In this document: piece after piece, positions 44,725 through 53,154 of the stretch
Position numbering within the stretch: position 1 is the stretch's first letter
How the letters are laid out: every line of letters begins with the position of its first letter
DNA from: a virus
Lineage: Duplodnaviria > Caudoviricetes
Strand: one strand, 5' to 3'
IMG/VR virus record: IMGVR_UViG_3300011443_000017
Coordinates: 1 to 53,154 of that record
Length of the DNA: 53,154 nucleotides
Made by a program: the position numbers and the translations under genes
The notes under the pieces: model-generated
The model's input: the letters and a program-made list of their open reading frames with translations, nothing else
What the model was told of the DNA's origin: nothing
Database searches by the model: none

Positions 44725-44969
44725 GCCTATCCTTTGACATTGTTTCATTTGAGCGCGAACACCTTGCGCAGTTGCTCAAGAACAGCGTGGATAGTTTGCG
44801 AATGGCGCGGCAAATGAACGCCGATATGACCGAACGGGATAACGAGCTATTCAATGCCGCGATTGTGGCGGTGAACCAGTTGACGCAACACTTGACCGAA
44901 ACGAAAGAGTTGCCGCATTACGTGGATACATGGGGACAACCGCGCCGATGGGAGCATTCCAGTAAATGA
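44721..44969 (+). CDS. Hypothetical protein
   Basis: GTGA-coupled. Confidence 0.55.
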   Translation: MSLSFDIVSFEREHLAQLLKNSVDSLRMARQMNADMTERDNELFNAAIVAVNQLTQHLTETKELPHYVDTWGQPRRWEHSSK

Positions 44970-45229
44970 TCGACCTCCTAATTGTCACATTAGCGACGTG
45001 GTATGTGGCGTATGCGGTCACGAGTACACACGGCCCATTTAACGTGTTTGAGCGCATCCGTAAGGTGACGACGTTGGGCGGTTTGCTAACCTGCCCGGTC
45101 TGCCTCGCGTTCTGGGCGGCGCTGCTGCTGTTGATCCTGCCAATGGGCATTGTCACGCAGGCGCTAGCGGTTGCGGGCGGGGCGATGTTAGTACACGGTT
45201 GGTCAGGGTGGAGATACAACGTTGGATAA
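44966..45229 (+). CDS. DUF1360-like membrane protein
   Basis: LATW...GPF..FERIR...LLTCPVCLAFW. Confidence 0.7.
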   Translation: MIDLLIVTLATWYVAYAVTSTHGPFNVFERIRKVTTLGGLLTCPVCLAFWAALLLLILPMGIVTQALAVAGGAMLVHGWSGWRYNVG

Positions 45230-45407
45230 CGAAAACGTGATCGCATACTTTGTAATGGTCGATGGGTTTTGGGAGTTCTGGACAGATGACGCTCAGGAAG
45301 CCGAAACTCATCGCGCGGAACAAAGTCAAAAGTATCCGCATTGTGAGTGGACGATTCGAGAGTATCCCATGACCCGCCGTGAGTTTAACCAGATTGCGAT
45401 GGCATGA
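45222..45407 (+). CDS. Small hypothetical protein, paralogue of 46189-46416
   Basis: Ungapped similarity; GGAG SD before TTG. Confidence 0.55.
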   Translation: MDNENVIAYFVMVDGFWEFWTDDAQEAETHRAEQSQKYPHCEWTIREYPMTRREFNQIAMA

Positions 45408-46192
45408 CTGACGTAACCTTCGTTCGCACGCGCACCTACTATCAACCGTATGATGATTTGTTTCATCTCGCGGCGCTGTCCGGCTATCCCGTCATTTACC
45501 TGGACGAAATGGACGTAAACGACCCGACGAAGGTATATCTCTACAGCCCCAACAATGGCGAAACGATGAACGGTTGGCCTCATGCGCGGGCGCGGATTAT
45601 CTTCGTACAGTTGGAATGGCACACCGACCATGCGCCGGTAGAGTTACCCCCCGGTGTATCGGAATGTTGGAACGGCGATGCGTGGCACGCGCGACTGATT
45701 AACGCGCGGCATGTTCCCATTGGCGGTCACGTTGGCCTCAACCTTGACCCGAACGATTGTCCCGCGAAAGAATACGATGTCGCGTTTATGGCCTATACCG
45801 ACATCCACCGCCGTAAACGGATTTTAGACCAACTGATCGAGCGCGGCCTCAAGATAGCCCCTAACGGGTGGGGTGACGAAAGACATGCGGCGCTAGTCCG
45901 CTCTCGTGTCATCGTACACGTGCATCAGTGGGAAAACATCCCCACGATTGCGCCGCTCCGTTGGTGCATTGCGGCGGCGTATGGCTTGCCGATTATCAGT
46001 GAGAGCGTGAATGATCGACGCCCGTTTGCGGCGGGCGATTTCATGACATGCGACTATATGAGTCTGGTTGATTTCGTGACTGAACAGTTACAACGCGAGA
46101 ACGATGGTCGCCTGGAAAGCTACGGGTATAATCTGCGTAATATGTTATGCCGGGTGTTAACGTTTCGCGAGAGTGTGGAGCGTGCGCTATGA
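45404..46192 (+). CDS. GT-B-like glycosyltransferase
   Basis: KEYDVAF, RR.RIL..L, WGDER...L.RSRVIVHVH, R...A...LPIISE. Confidence 0.75.
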   Translation: MTDVTFVRTRTYYQPYDDLFHLAALSGYPVIYLDEMDVNDPTKVYLYSPNNGETMNGWPHARARIIFVQLEWHTDHAPVELPPGVSECWNGDAWHARLINARHVPIGGHVGLNLDPNDCPAKEYDVAFMAYTDIHRRKRILDQLIERGLKIAPNGWGDERHAALVRSRVIVHVHQWENIPTIAPLRWCIAAAYGLPIISESVNDRRPFAAGDFMTCDYMSLVDFVTEQLQRENDGRLESYGYNLRNMLCRVLTFRESVERAL

Positions 46193-46416
46193 ATGAACAG
46201 AGATACTTTGAACAATTCGCAGGTGATCCGCGATTGGTTAAGGCTTATTATTTATTCGCTGATGGTTCGGCTGGATTCTCTACGGCTAGTAAAGATAATT
46301 GCATTCGGACGATGGAGATAATGAAAAGCCGTCACCCAATACTTACTTTCGAGATTGCTGAGTTTGATGTTCCTGAAGATCAATTTAATGAGATGGGGGT
46401 ATTAGGCGGTGATTAG
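46189..46416 (+). CDS. Small hypothetical protein, paralogue of 45222-45407
   Basis: ATGA-coupled; similarity noted. Confidence 0.55.
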   Translation: MNEQRYFEQFAGDPRLVKAYYLFADGSAGFSTASKDNCIRTMEIMKSRHPILTFEIAEFDVPEDQFNEMGVLGGD

Positions 46417-46762
46417 CACCTACACCCTCAAGACCATCCCGTTTCGCATCATGCGCCCAACGCTGGCAACCCTGATGGGCGCGGCGCTGCTGGTCTTCGG
46501 GCAGGTGGAAGTAGACGACAAGTTAGCAACTAAACTATTTTTGTTACGCGATGCCACGAATAAATTAGAGAACCCGACACGCCATCAAATACAGACGCAC
46601 CTTGCCGCGTGGTATGGGGTATCGCTGGAACTGGCAGACGCGACGGAAGCGGGTAATCCACAGTTGGCGGGGCTGCTGCGCAACGTGTGCAAGGAAGCCG
46701 ACTGGATTGCGCCCGCGTGGGAATACATGCAGGAACGGATGGTTGAATGGCAAAAGTCGTAG
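46409..46762 (+). CDS. Hypothetical protein
   Basis: Overlapping-gene chain. Confidence 0.55.
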   Translation: MISTYTLKTIPFRIMRPTLATLMGAALLVFGQVEVDDKLATKLFLLRDATNKLENPTRHQIQTHLAAWYGVSLELADATEAGNPQLAGLLRNVCKEADWIAPAWEYMQERMVEWQKS

Positions 46763-47511
46763 GTTACTGCGCTCTCCATTACGGATTGCCATTTTTGGAA
46801 TGGTCAATCCGTTCGGTGATTGATTACGTCGATCAGTTCTATGTCCTCTACAGTCCGCATGGGTCGCATAATGGCAACCCTGGCACATTGCCGCCGATTG
46901 ACAGCGAGGCCGATTTGCAGGCAGCGGCGCGGCGTGGTGCAGGGGGTAAACTGACATGGATACGCGGCGAATGGAATTTAGAGGGGCAGCAGCGCGATAG
47001 TATCCACCAGTATGCGCCGGATGCTGATGTGATTTTAGTTGTGGATAGTGATGAGGTTTGGCCTTACGAGTTGGGTTGGGCAGTCGTACAAAAGCAAAGT
47101 GTCGCGAAGGGTATTCGGCAATTACGTTTACCGATGATCCATTATTGGCGCTCATTCTATCGCTGTGTATTACATGACCCGGCTTATCCGGTGCGAGTTA
47201 TCTACCCTAAAAACCAAGATGGAATTGATACTTATATCTTAGGTAATCAATACAAGACGCTTTCCATTAACCACTTTGGTTATGCACTGCCACCCGCCTA
47301 CATCGCTTACAAATGGGGCGGTATACACGGGCATCAGAACGAGTTGCGCAAGGATGTAGACTGGTTCGCTGATAAGTACATGGCGAACGCGCAAACGGAC
47401 TGCCATCCCGTCGGTTCTGACCACTGGCAACCCGAAAGAGTATCGCCTTTAGATTACATGCCATCATGGATGGAAAATCACCCGTTCTATCATATGTCAG
47501 TTATCGAGTAA
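46747..47511 (+). CDS. GT-A glycosyltransferase (GT2-like)
   Basis: FLEWSIRSVIDYVD, EGQQRD, ILVVDSDEVW, HFGY...YK. Confidence 0.8.
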   Translation: MAKVVGYCALHYGLPFLEWSIRSVIDYVDQFYVLYSPHGSHNGNPGTLPPIDSEADLQAAARRGAGGKLTWIRGEWNLEGQQRDSIHQYAPDADVILVVDSDEVWPYELGWAVVQKQSVAKGIRQLRLPMIHYWRSFYRCVLHDPAYPVRVIYPKNQDGIDTYILGNQYKTLSINHFGYALPPAYIAYKWGGIHGHQNELRKDVDWFADKYMANAQTDCHPVGSDHWQPERVSPLDYMPSWMENHPFYHMSVIE

Positions 47512-47513
47512 TG

Positions 47514-47620
47514 TGGTATAATAGAGTATTGAATGCAAACGAGCGCAAGATGTTGATAGCATCTGCGCCCGCTCTAACCAACACAAGGAGAATTCTTGCG
47601 ATGGCTACCCCTAGTATACC
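47514..47620. promoter_or_regulatory. Sense promoter, two hairpins and in-gene antisense -10 (leader)
   Basis: TGgTATAAT 47514-47522; GCGCAAGATG...CATCTGCGC; CAAGGA-gaa-TTCTTG over the SD; minus-strand TATACT 47613-47618. Confidence 0.55.
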
Positions 47621-48236
47621 TCATAAGTGTTGTTCAAGATGCGGATTGTTATTTCCGTTGACATCTGAATACTTCCATAAACGAACAAAATCCCAGGACG
47701 GATTTCGTCCTGACTGCAAAGAATGTCGCAAGGTTGAAAGTAGAGAATACTACTTGAAAAACCCTGAGCGGATTTATGCACATGTAGCAAAGTGGCGAAA
47801 ACAAAATCCTGATAAATGCAAGCAATATGATAAGAATTGGAAGGTTAATCACCGACCAGTTTACTTAGCAGGACGTAAGCGCCGTTACAACGAGCAGGCT
47901 GAAGATCGACGCACTGAAGCGAAAGAGTGGCGTAGAAATAACCCTGTTATGGTGCGAATTCAATGGAAAACCCGGCAAGCTAGAAAGCGCGCCGCTGAAG
48001 GTATCCATACTCCGAGCGATGTTCGTCAAATACTTGAGGATCAACATGGATTATGCGCTTATTGTGGTGTGCGTATATTCCTTGACATTAAACACGATGC
48101 ACACGTTGACCACATAATCGCCCTAACGCGGGGCGGTTCAAATTGGCCGGATAATTTAGCCGTAACATGCGCTGAATGTAATCTCAGCAAGCGCAATAAA
48201 TCCTTATCCGAATGGCAAGCTATCCGAGGATGGTAA
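47601..48236 (+). CDS. HNH endonuclease with N-terminal Zn finger
   Basis: CSRC...CKEC; CAYCG...HVDHIIAL.RGGSN...NL...CAECN.SK. Confidence 0.92.
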   Translation: MATPSIPHKCCSRCGLLFPLTSEYFHKRTKSQDGFRPDCKECRKVESREYYLKNPERIYAHVAKWRKQNPDKCKQYDKNWKVNHRPVYLAGRKRRYNEQAEDRRTEAKEWRRNNPVMVRIQWKTRQARKRAAEGIHTPSDVRQILEDQHGLCAYCGVRIFLDIKHDAHVDHIIALTRGGSNWPDNLAVTCAECNLSKRNKSLSEWQAIRGW

Positions 48237-48237
48237 A

Positions 48238-49029
48238 ATGACTGCACTGATCGACGTACTATTCCAGATTGAGAAGCAACTCGGCCTCGAACTTGATAGC
48301 CTGTTCCCGTTGGCAAGACAAGACTTTGTGGGTGGCTATCACCCTGATCCAGACAAGCGGCAATGGGGATCGGGCGCAATCTGGGAAGTCGAGGGGCAGA
48401 CGCTCTATGCCCTCATTCGGGCGCTGAAACCGCAAACGATTGTCGAGATTGGCAGCGGTACGGGATGCAGTACGACCCACATGGCTAAAGCTCTCATGGA
48501 CAGCTTTTCGTCAGGGCATATCACGACTATTGATAGGGGCAATACGCCGCAGATACCCGGCATTTTATCCTCATTTGTCACCATCACCAACGGCGATGCA
48601 TTGAACTACCTCGCTTTGCAACCGGACAATTCAATCGACTTCATTCTTGAGGACGCCGATCACAGCGAGGCGCTCTGCCATGCTATCGGCGAACTCGCGA
48701 AAACGAAGTTGAAACCCGGCGGCGTACTGCTGGTACACGACATCGCACACTTCGGAGTTGGCGCGGATGTGCGGCGCGGCTATGACCTCGCGGGAATGGA
48801 AGTGCGGCGCTATCTGATCGAACCGAGTGACTGCGGGTGGGGCGTATGGCAGCGCCCGAAAGCGGACGCGCGTCCGGTTATTGACTACACCGTCTTGCAA
48901 GGGCAGGAAGAGCCGAACGCGATCAATGCTGCTATATTGCAAACCATAGAGAATTATAAATCCGAGGTTAAGCAAGCAATATCCACGCCTGCGCCAAGCG
49001 CCAAGCGCAAACCGAAGGCGGCGAAATGA
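48238..49029 (+). CDS. Class I SAM methyltransferase (Methyltransf_24-like)
   Basis: KPQTIVEIGSGTGCST, IDFILEDADH, LKPGGVLLVHD. Confidence 0.88.
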   Translation: MTALIDVLFQIEKQLGLELDSLFPLARQDFVGGYHPDPDKRQWGSGAIWEVEGQTLYALIRALKPQTIVEIGSGTGCSTTHMAKALMDSFSSGHITTIDRGNTPQIPGILSSFVTITNGDALNYLALQPDNSIDFILEDADHSEALCHAIGELAKTKLKPGGVLLVHDIAHFGVGADVRRGYDLAGMEVRRYLIEPSDCGWGVWQRPKADARPVIDYTVLQGQEEPNAINAAILQTIENYKSEVKQAISTPAPSAKRKPKAAK

Positions 49030-49595
49030 CCTACGACGAACTCTACGCCCTTATCGCTCAGCGCGGCGTCCATCCCGAATTCGGCGCGGCGGGGGAGGGG
49101 TGGGGTATCGAGCAGAACCCGCACGAACTCGCGACCTTCCTGGTGCGGATGCAGGAACTCGGTGTAGAATCGGTACTCGAAATCGGCACGGGCTACAAGG
49201 GCGGGCTGTCGCGGTTCTTAGCGCAAGACATGGGGTGGTCAGTTACCAGTATCGACATTAAGGATTATGGACATCTATTTGAGGGTGTGCATTACATCCA
49301 CCTCAATAACATAACCGATGAATTCAAATTGGATAAACACGATTTAGTATTCATTGACGGCAATCATGCCTACGAAACGGCGAAAGCGGATTATGAATTG
49401 TGGGGGGAGTTTGCCGCGAAAGTCATCGCCTTTCATGACATCGCCGGGTTGCGCGATTGTGAAGGTGTGAAGCAATTTTGGGAAGCAATTTCTAACCCCG
49501 TTGAGGTCGGTATTCACAAAATGCCGGGTATGCCGTTGTATAGGTCAACTTACTTTGGATCAAATCCCGCTGGCATCGGATGGATTGAACTATGA
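49026..49595 (+). CDS. Class I SAM methyltransferase (Methyltransf_24/CmcI-like)
   Basis: Q...EL, VLEIGTGYKGG, DLVFIDGNH.YE, IAFHDI, GV.QFW. Confidence 0.88.
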   Translation: MTYDELYALIAQRGVHPEFGAAGEGWGIEQNPHELATFLVRMQELGVESVLEIGTGYKGGLSRFLAQDMGWSVTSIDIKDYGHLFEGVHYIHLNNITDEFKLDKHDLVFIDGNHAYETAKADYELWGEFAAKVIAFHDIAGLRDCEGVKQFWEAISNPVEVGIHKMPGMPLYRSTYFGSNPAGIGWIEL

Positions 49596-50254
49596 CACGA
49601 CCCGCCATATCCATCATCATCCCGCACCTACGCGAACCGCAAAACGATAAGGCGCTGCACATCGCGCTCTCGTGCATCCTGGATAACACCGACCTCGACT
49701 ACGAACTGATGGTCGAAGCCGTCGCCACCCGCCGCGATATATACCCCGTGCTGAATAACATGGCGCAACGGGCGCGGGCGGACTGGATTATTTTCAGTAA
49801 CAGCGACGTATTCTTTGCGCCCGGTTGGGCGAGTGCGCTGTATGCAGGGCGCGACGAAAGCGCCATCACGACAGGCATCATTGCCGAGTGCGGCGCGATC
49901 TCGGTGGCGGCGGATAACTACGAACTGCACTATGGGGTTACGCCAGAGGGCTACGATAGGGCAGGGTTTGAGGCGTGGGTTGCGCAGGAAGGTGCGACGA
50001 TTTACAGCCACAAGGCGCATCAACATCGCGGCTGGTACTTTCCATGCTTGCTGCACAAGCGCACGTTCAATCATTCGGGCGGGTTCGGAGATGGCGGCGG
50101 GGTATTCCCACATGACCCGGCAGACGTTGAATATTGGGAGCGATGGGCGGCGGCGGGGAAGGGGTTTCGGCGGGTGAATAGCTGGTGTTACCACTTGCAG
50201 AATTTTACGAGTACCGAACCGGAACGGATAGCAAATCGGGCGAGGATGGCGTGA
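49592..50254 (+). CDS. Glycosyltransferase family 2
   Basis: ISIIIP, IIFSNSDVFF..GW, GGF...P.D, CYH. Confidence 0.8.
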   Translation: MTRPAISIIIPHLREPQNDKALHIALSCILDNTDLDYELMVEAVATRRDIYPVLNNMAQRARADWIIFSNSDVFFAPGWASALYAGRDESAITTGIIAECGAISVAADNYELHYGVTPEGYDRAGFEAWVAQEGATIYSHKAHQHRGWYFPCLLHKRTFNHSGGFGDGGGVFPHDPADVEYWERWAAAGKGFRRVNSWCYHLQNFTSTEPERIANRARMA

Positions 50255-50574
50255 TGGATTTTATGATGTATATGCCAAAACTGGATGAGGATGCAATACT
50301 TATCCATCAAAGGTTATTGATGATTGGATCAACGAATAACTTTGCATACGATAGCACATTGCAAGCACAAAATGAGTTGTTAGGAATGGGTAAATATATC
50401 GTCGGACATTTGCTAAATGCATGGGAAAATCCGCCGTCAAAAGGTGTTAGTTTTAGCACCTCAAGATTTTATAACAATCTCAATCGTATATTGATTACGA
50501 TGATTGAGCGGGGCGATTTATCTATTGAGCAGTTATCACGCTATCGCCGCCTGATTACCAGCGAGAAATTTTAA
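50254..50574 (+). CDS. Hypothetical protein (AT-richer)
   Basis: Stop/start coupled at both ends. Confidence 0.5.
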   Translation: MDFMMYMPKLDEDAILIHQRLLMIGSTNNFAYDSTLQAQNELLGMGKYIVGHLLNAWENPPSKGVSFSTSRFYNNLNRILITMIERGDLSIEQLSRYRRLITSEKF

Positions 50575-52553
50575 TGCATCTCTCCATCGTCACCGGCACA
50601 TACAACCGCTACGTACTCTTGCAACGCTTCCTGCAATCTTGCCGTGAGCAAATCCCGGCGGGTGTGTCCTATGAGTTTGTGATTACCGGCGTTGCGGGTG
50701 ACGAGCCAACGCTCACCTATTTGCAGCAGCAAGCCGACGTGAAGCTGATTATCCACGAGGGGTTACTTGGCGCGGTCAAAGCGTTTACCGATGCCTGCGA
50801 ACTAGCAACGGGTAAGTATGTACTTATCGCAAACGATGATGTGGAGATCGTGGCCGGGTCGATCCTGCGGGCAATCGTACATCTCGAAGACAACCCCCGC
50901 TGTGGTGCTGTTGCGTTCAAAGACAACCGGCTCAACAAAGAACGGTTTCAGGTGGCCGTCGTTCCCGCGATTAAGAACGGCGTGACGACTTCCGTCCCCT
51001 ATGTGCAAATCGGCATGGTGCGTAATTGGTTGGGCGCGCATGTGGGTTGGTGGTCATTGCACGGCACATTCCCGGCGCGCACGTATGCCGCCGACAATGC
51101 AATGAGCGCGGCTATCCACGAAACCGGATACTCGATTGATGAAGTCCAGGGCTGCGAAGCGATTGACCACATGGAACACGATGCACTCAGAGACATCAAC
51201 ACCGCCAACCCTGATGGCGGCGACCATCCTGACAGTATCGCCTATTATGACCGTTGGCCGGCTGGCCCGCACATTCCCAACGCTGTCACGATTGAAGCGC
51301 CGAAACCCAACGTGCGCGAGATTGGTTTGCGCATCCTGTACCTACCCATCTATGAAGCCGGAAACAACACGCCGCAACGCAAACAGCGGGAACAGAAGCA
51401 CGGGTTACGGGATGCATTGGGCAAGTTGGGCATGGTCTACGAATTCGACTACCTCAAATATCAGTATCGCACGGCTGAATTGTGGCAAGAGTTAGTCCGC
51501 ATCCTTAACACGTTTCAGCCGGACTTGATGCTCACCCAAGCCCACGCCACCGACGTATTGACCGCGGATACCATGCGCAACATTCGCGCTCACTGCCCGC
51601 GCCTGGTCGTGGTCAACTGGAATGGGGACTACTGGCCGGACGGTCAACGCGATCCGAAGATGATTAACTGGTTACGTTATGCGGACTTGGCGCTGGTCGT
51701 CAATGCCGACTTACTACCGACGTATGAGGAACTCGGTATCCCGGCGGGGTACTGGCAAATCGGGTTTGAGCAACCGGCGGGCGAGTTGCCCAAAGTGCGC
51801 GCCCATGACATCGTGTTCTTAGGCCAGAATTATAACAATTACCGCCGCGAATTCGGCGAAACCCTGCTGAGTATGACGGACGAAGGCGTAGACGTGGGTA
51901 TCTATGGTAACTATTGGGTGAACCCCGACAGCCCGCCCGACCATAGCGTTAAACAAGTGCAGTGCATCTATCCCGATTGCACCTACGACTTCCTGCAAGG
52001 GGAAGCGTTATACAAGGCGGCAAAATTGACCGTCGCCAACAATCCATTCCCTGAAGCGCGTGGATTTGCAAGTAACCGATTTGTTCAGGTTTGCAGCGCA
52101 GGCGGCGCTCTCCTAATTCATCAGTACATCAAGGATTGGGAAAAACTAACGGGCTATATTCCCGGTGTCCATTACATTGAATATAAGACAGACGTAGAAC
52201 TCAAGCAGTGGATACGCTACTTCCTTGACCCGGCACACGAAACCGAACGGCAAAAGATTGTTGAGTCCGCTTATCGGTTTACGCATTATCAATGTAGTTT
52301 TGACGCGCGGGTCAAGCAGTTGTTTACCGAGTTTCTGCCGATGGCAAAAACCAAGCTGCGCAGGGCAGCGGCGGTGCATTACATGGGGCGGCGTAACTCG
52401 CCCTTTGGCGTGTTAGGGCAGGTGACGCACACACAATACCAGTGTGTACCCGGTGTACCGTTGGTTGTGGATGCGCTCGATCTCAAGGCGCTAATCGAGT
52501 TAGAGCCGGGATTGTGGCAAGAAGTCAGCGGATCATTAGAAGGGGTAGGGTAA
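50574..52553 (+). CDS. Bifunctional glycosyltransferase: GT2, CgeB-like GT-B and small C-terminal domain
   Basis: LSIVTGTYNR, IANDD, Y.AD; then VVNWNGD, DIVFLG, SNRF.....G, PG.HY..Y, ER.KI. Confidence 0.88.
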   Translation: MHLSIVTGTYNRYVLLQRFLQSCREQIPAGVSYEFVITGVAGDEPTLTYLQQQADVKLIIHEGLLGAVKAFTDACELATGKYVLIANDDVEIVAGSILRAIVHLEDNPRCGAVAFKDNRLNKERFQVAVVPAIKNGVTTSVPYVQIGMVRNWLGAHVGWWSLHGTFPARTYAADNAMSAAIHETGYSIDEVQGCEAIDHMEHDALRDINTANPDGGDHPDSIAYYDRWPAGPHIPNAVTIEAPKPNVREIGLRILYLPIYEAGNNTPQRKQREQKHGLRDALGKLGMVYEFDYLKYQYRTAELWQELVRILNTFQPDLMLTQAHATDVLTADTMRNIRAHCPRLVVVNWNGDYWPDGQRDPKMINWLRYADLALVVNADLLPTYEELGIPAGYWQIGFEQPAGELPKVRAHDIVFLGQNYNNYRREFGETLLSMTDEGVDVGIYGNYWVNPDSPPDHSVKQVQCIYPDCTYDFLQGEALYKAAKLTVANNPFPEARGFASNRFVQVCSAGGALLIHQYIKDWEKLTGYIPGVHYIEYKTDVELKQWIRYFLDPAHETERQKIVESAYRFTHYQCSFDARVKQLFTEFLPMAKTKLRRAAAVHYMGRRNSPFGVLGQVTHTQYQCVPGVPLVVDALDLKALIELEPGLWQEVSGSLEGVG

Positions 52554-52555
52554 TC

Positions 52556-53154
52556 ATGGCAGTCTCCGAAATTCCGACCCTGAAATTACTTAATCACTGG
52601 CAGCGCCTCATGCAAGAGAATATATGGAGATATAACGGCGTCCAGGGTACAGGCGTACCGCGTTCACACGCCGCCGATGCCTACTTGCAACCGGGGCGAG
52701 ACGAGGTTGCGCTTGCCCTGGATAACGCCGTGTCGAAGATTGTCGACGTGCTGGAATACTACCCGCGCCCGGTGTGGATTACCGAGGAAATGATCCCGCT
52801 GCGTTGGTCAAGTCCCTACCAACTGCAAACCCTGAACACGCGCTATAAGCATCTGATCGAGTTCGGGTCGCGTGGTACAACCGTCATTAGCGCAGGCGCG
52901 GCGGTAGTCTATACCGATAGTGACGGTGACGGCGTAACTGATACCGCGACGATCACGGTGGCGACCTCCGTAACCGACAGCGCCGAAATACAAATCTTCT
53001 TTCGCACCGCCGACGGCGCGCCCGCCGCCGCCGATGAGCTATGGGAAATTGAACCCACCGTCATCAGCATATCGGGCGGGGTTGCCACCATTACGGCGCA
53101 TCGTTCGCTCTTTGTACGCCCGGATACGATATGGGCAGTCCCGTACACCTACGA
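52556..53154 (+). CDS. Head-tail adaptor, N-terminal part (runs off the end and continues at the window start)
   Basis: MAVSEIPTL... open to the end, in frame with 3-896 across the overlap. Confidence 0.75.
   Translation, partial: MAVSEIPTLKLLNHWQRLMQENIWRYNGVQGTGVPRSHAADAYLQPGRDEVALALDNAVSKIVDVLEYYPRPVWITEEMIPLRWSSPYQLQTLNTRYKHLIEFGSRGTTVISAGAAVVYTDSDGDGVTDTATITVATSVTDSAEIQIFFRTADGAPAAADELWEIEPTVISISGGVATITAHRSLFVRPDTIWAVPYTY
52818..53154. repeat. Terminal overlap with 1-337
   Basis: Direct alignment by eye. Confidence 0.95.

Overview
The window is most likely a complete, circularly permuted tailed dsDNA phage genome (Caudoviricetes, siphovirus-like, unit length about 52.8 kb). The last 337 nt overlap the first 337 nt, imperfectly, and the split gene is a head-tail adaptor. 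Modules: neck/tail (1-13.6 kb, interrupted by an AT-richer accessory block at 1.6-4.6 kb); a putative lysis cassette built on a glycoside hydrolase (13.6-16.2 kb); a leftward early operon of small ORFs (16.2-19.6 kb); two genetic switches with clear promoters and operators (19.3-22.7 kb); recombination, DNA modification and replication genes with an iteron origin (23-32.9 kb); a structured non-coding RNA with a tRNA-like domain, a secreted SGNH esterase and fibre-like genes (32.9-37.4 kb); terminase, portal, protease and major capsid (37.4-43.7 kb); and a ~10.5 kb island of six glycosyltransferase genes and two methyltransferases around the capsid and adaptor genes. I recognised no integrase, CRISPR array, reverse transcriptase or canonical tRNA. 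A Chloroflexota (Anaerolineae-like) host is inferred from protein style only. Most notable: (1) the putative virion glycosylation/methylation island, with a small C-terminal domain shared by two GTs; (2) a repeated leader of sense promoter, RBS-occluding hairpin and in-gene antisense promoter shared by unrelated nuclease genes and the primase operon; (3) a tRNA-like RNA that cannot form both D and anticodon arms; (4) a GIY-YIG nuclease fused to a copy of the neighbouring RHH regulator. All product calls come from motif recognition by eye, not from database searches.
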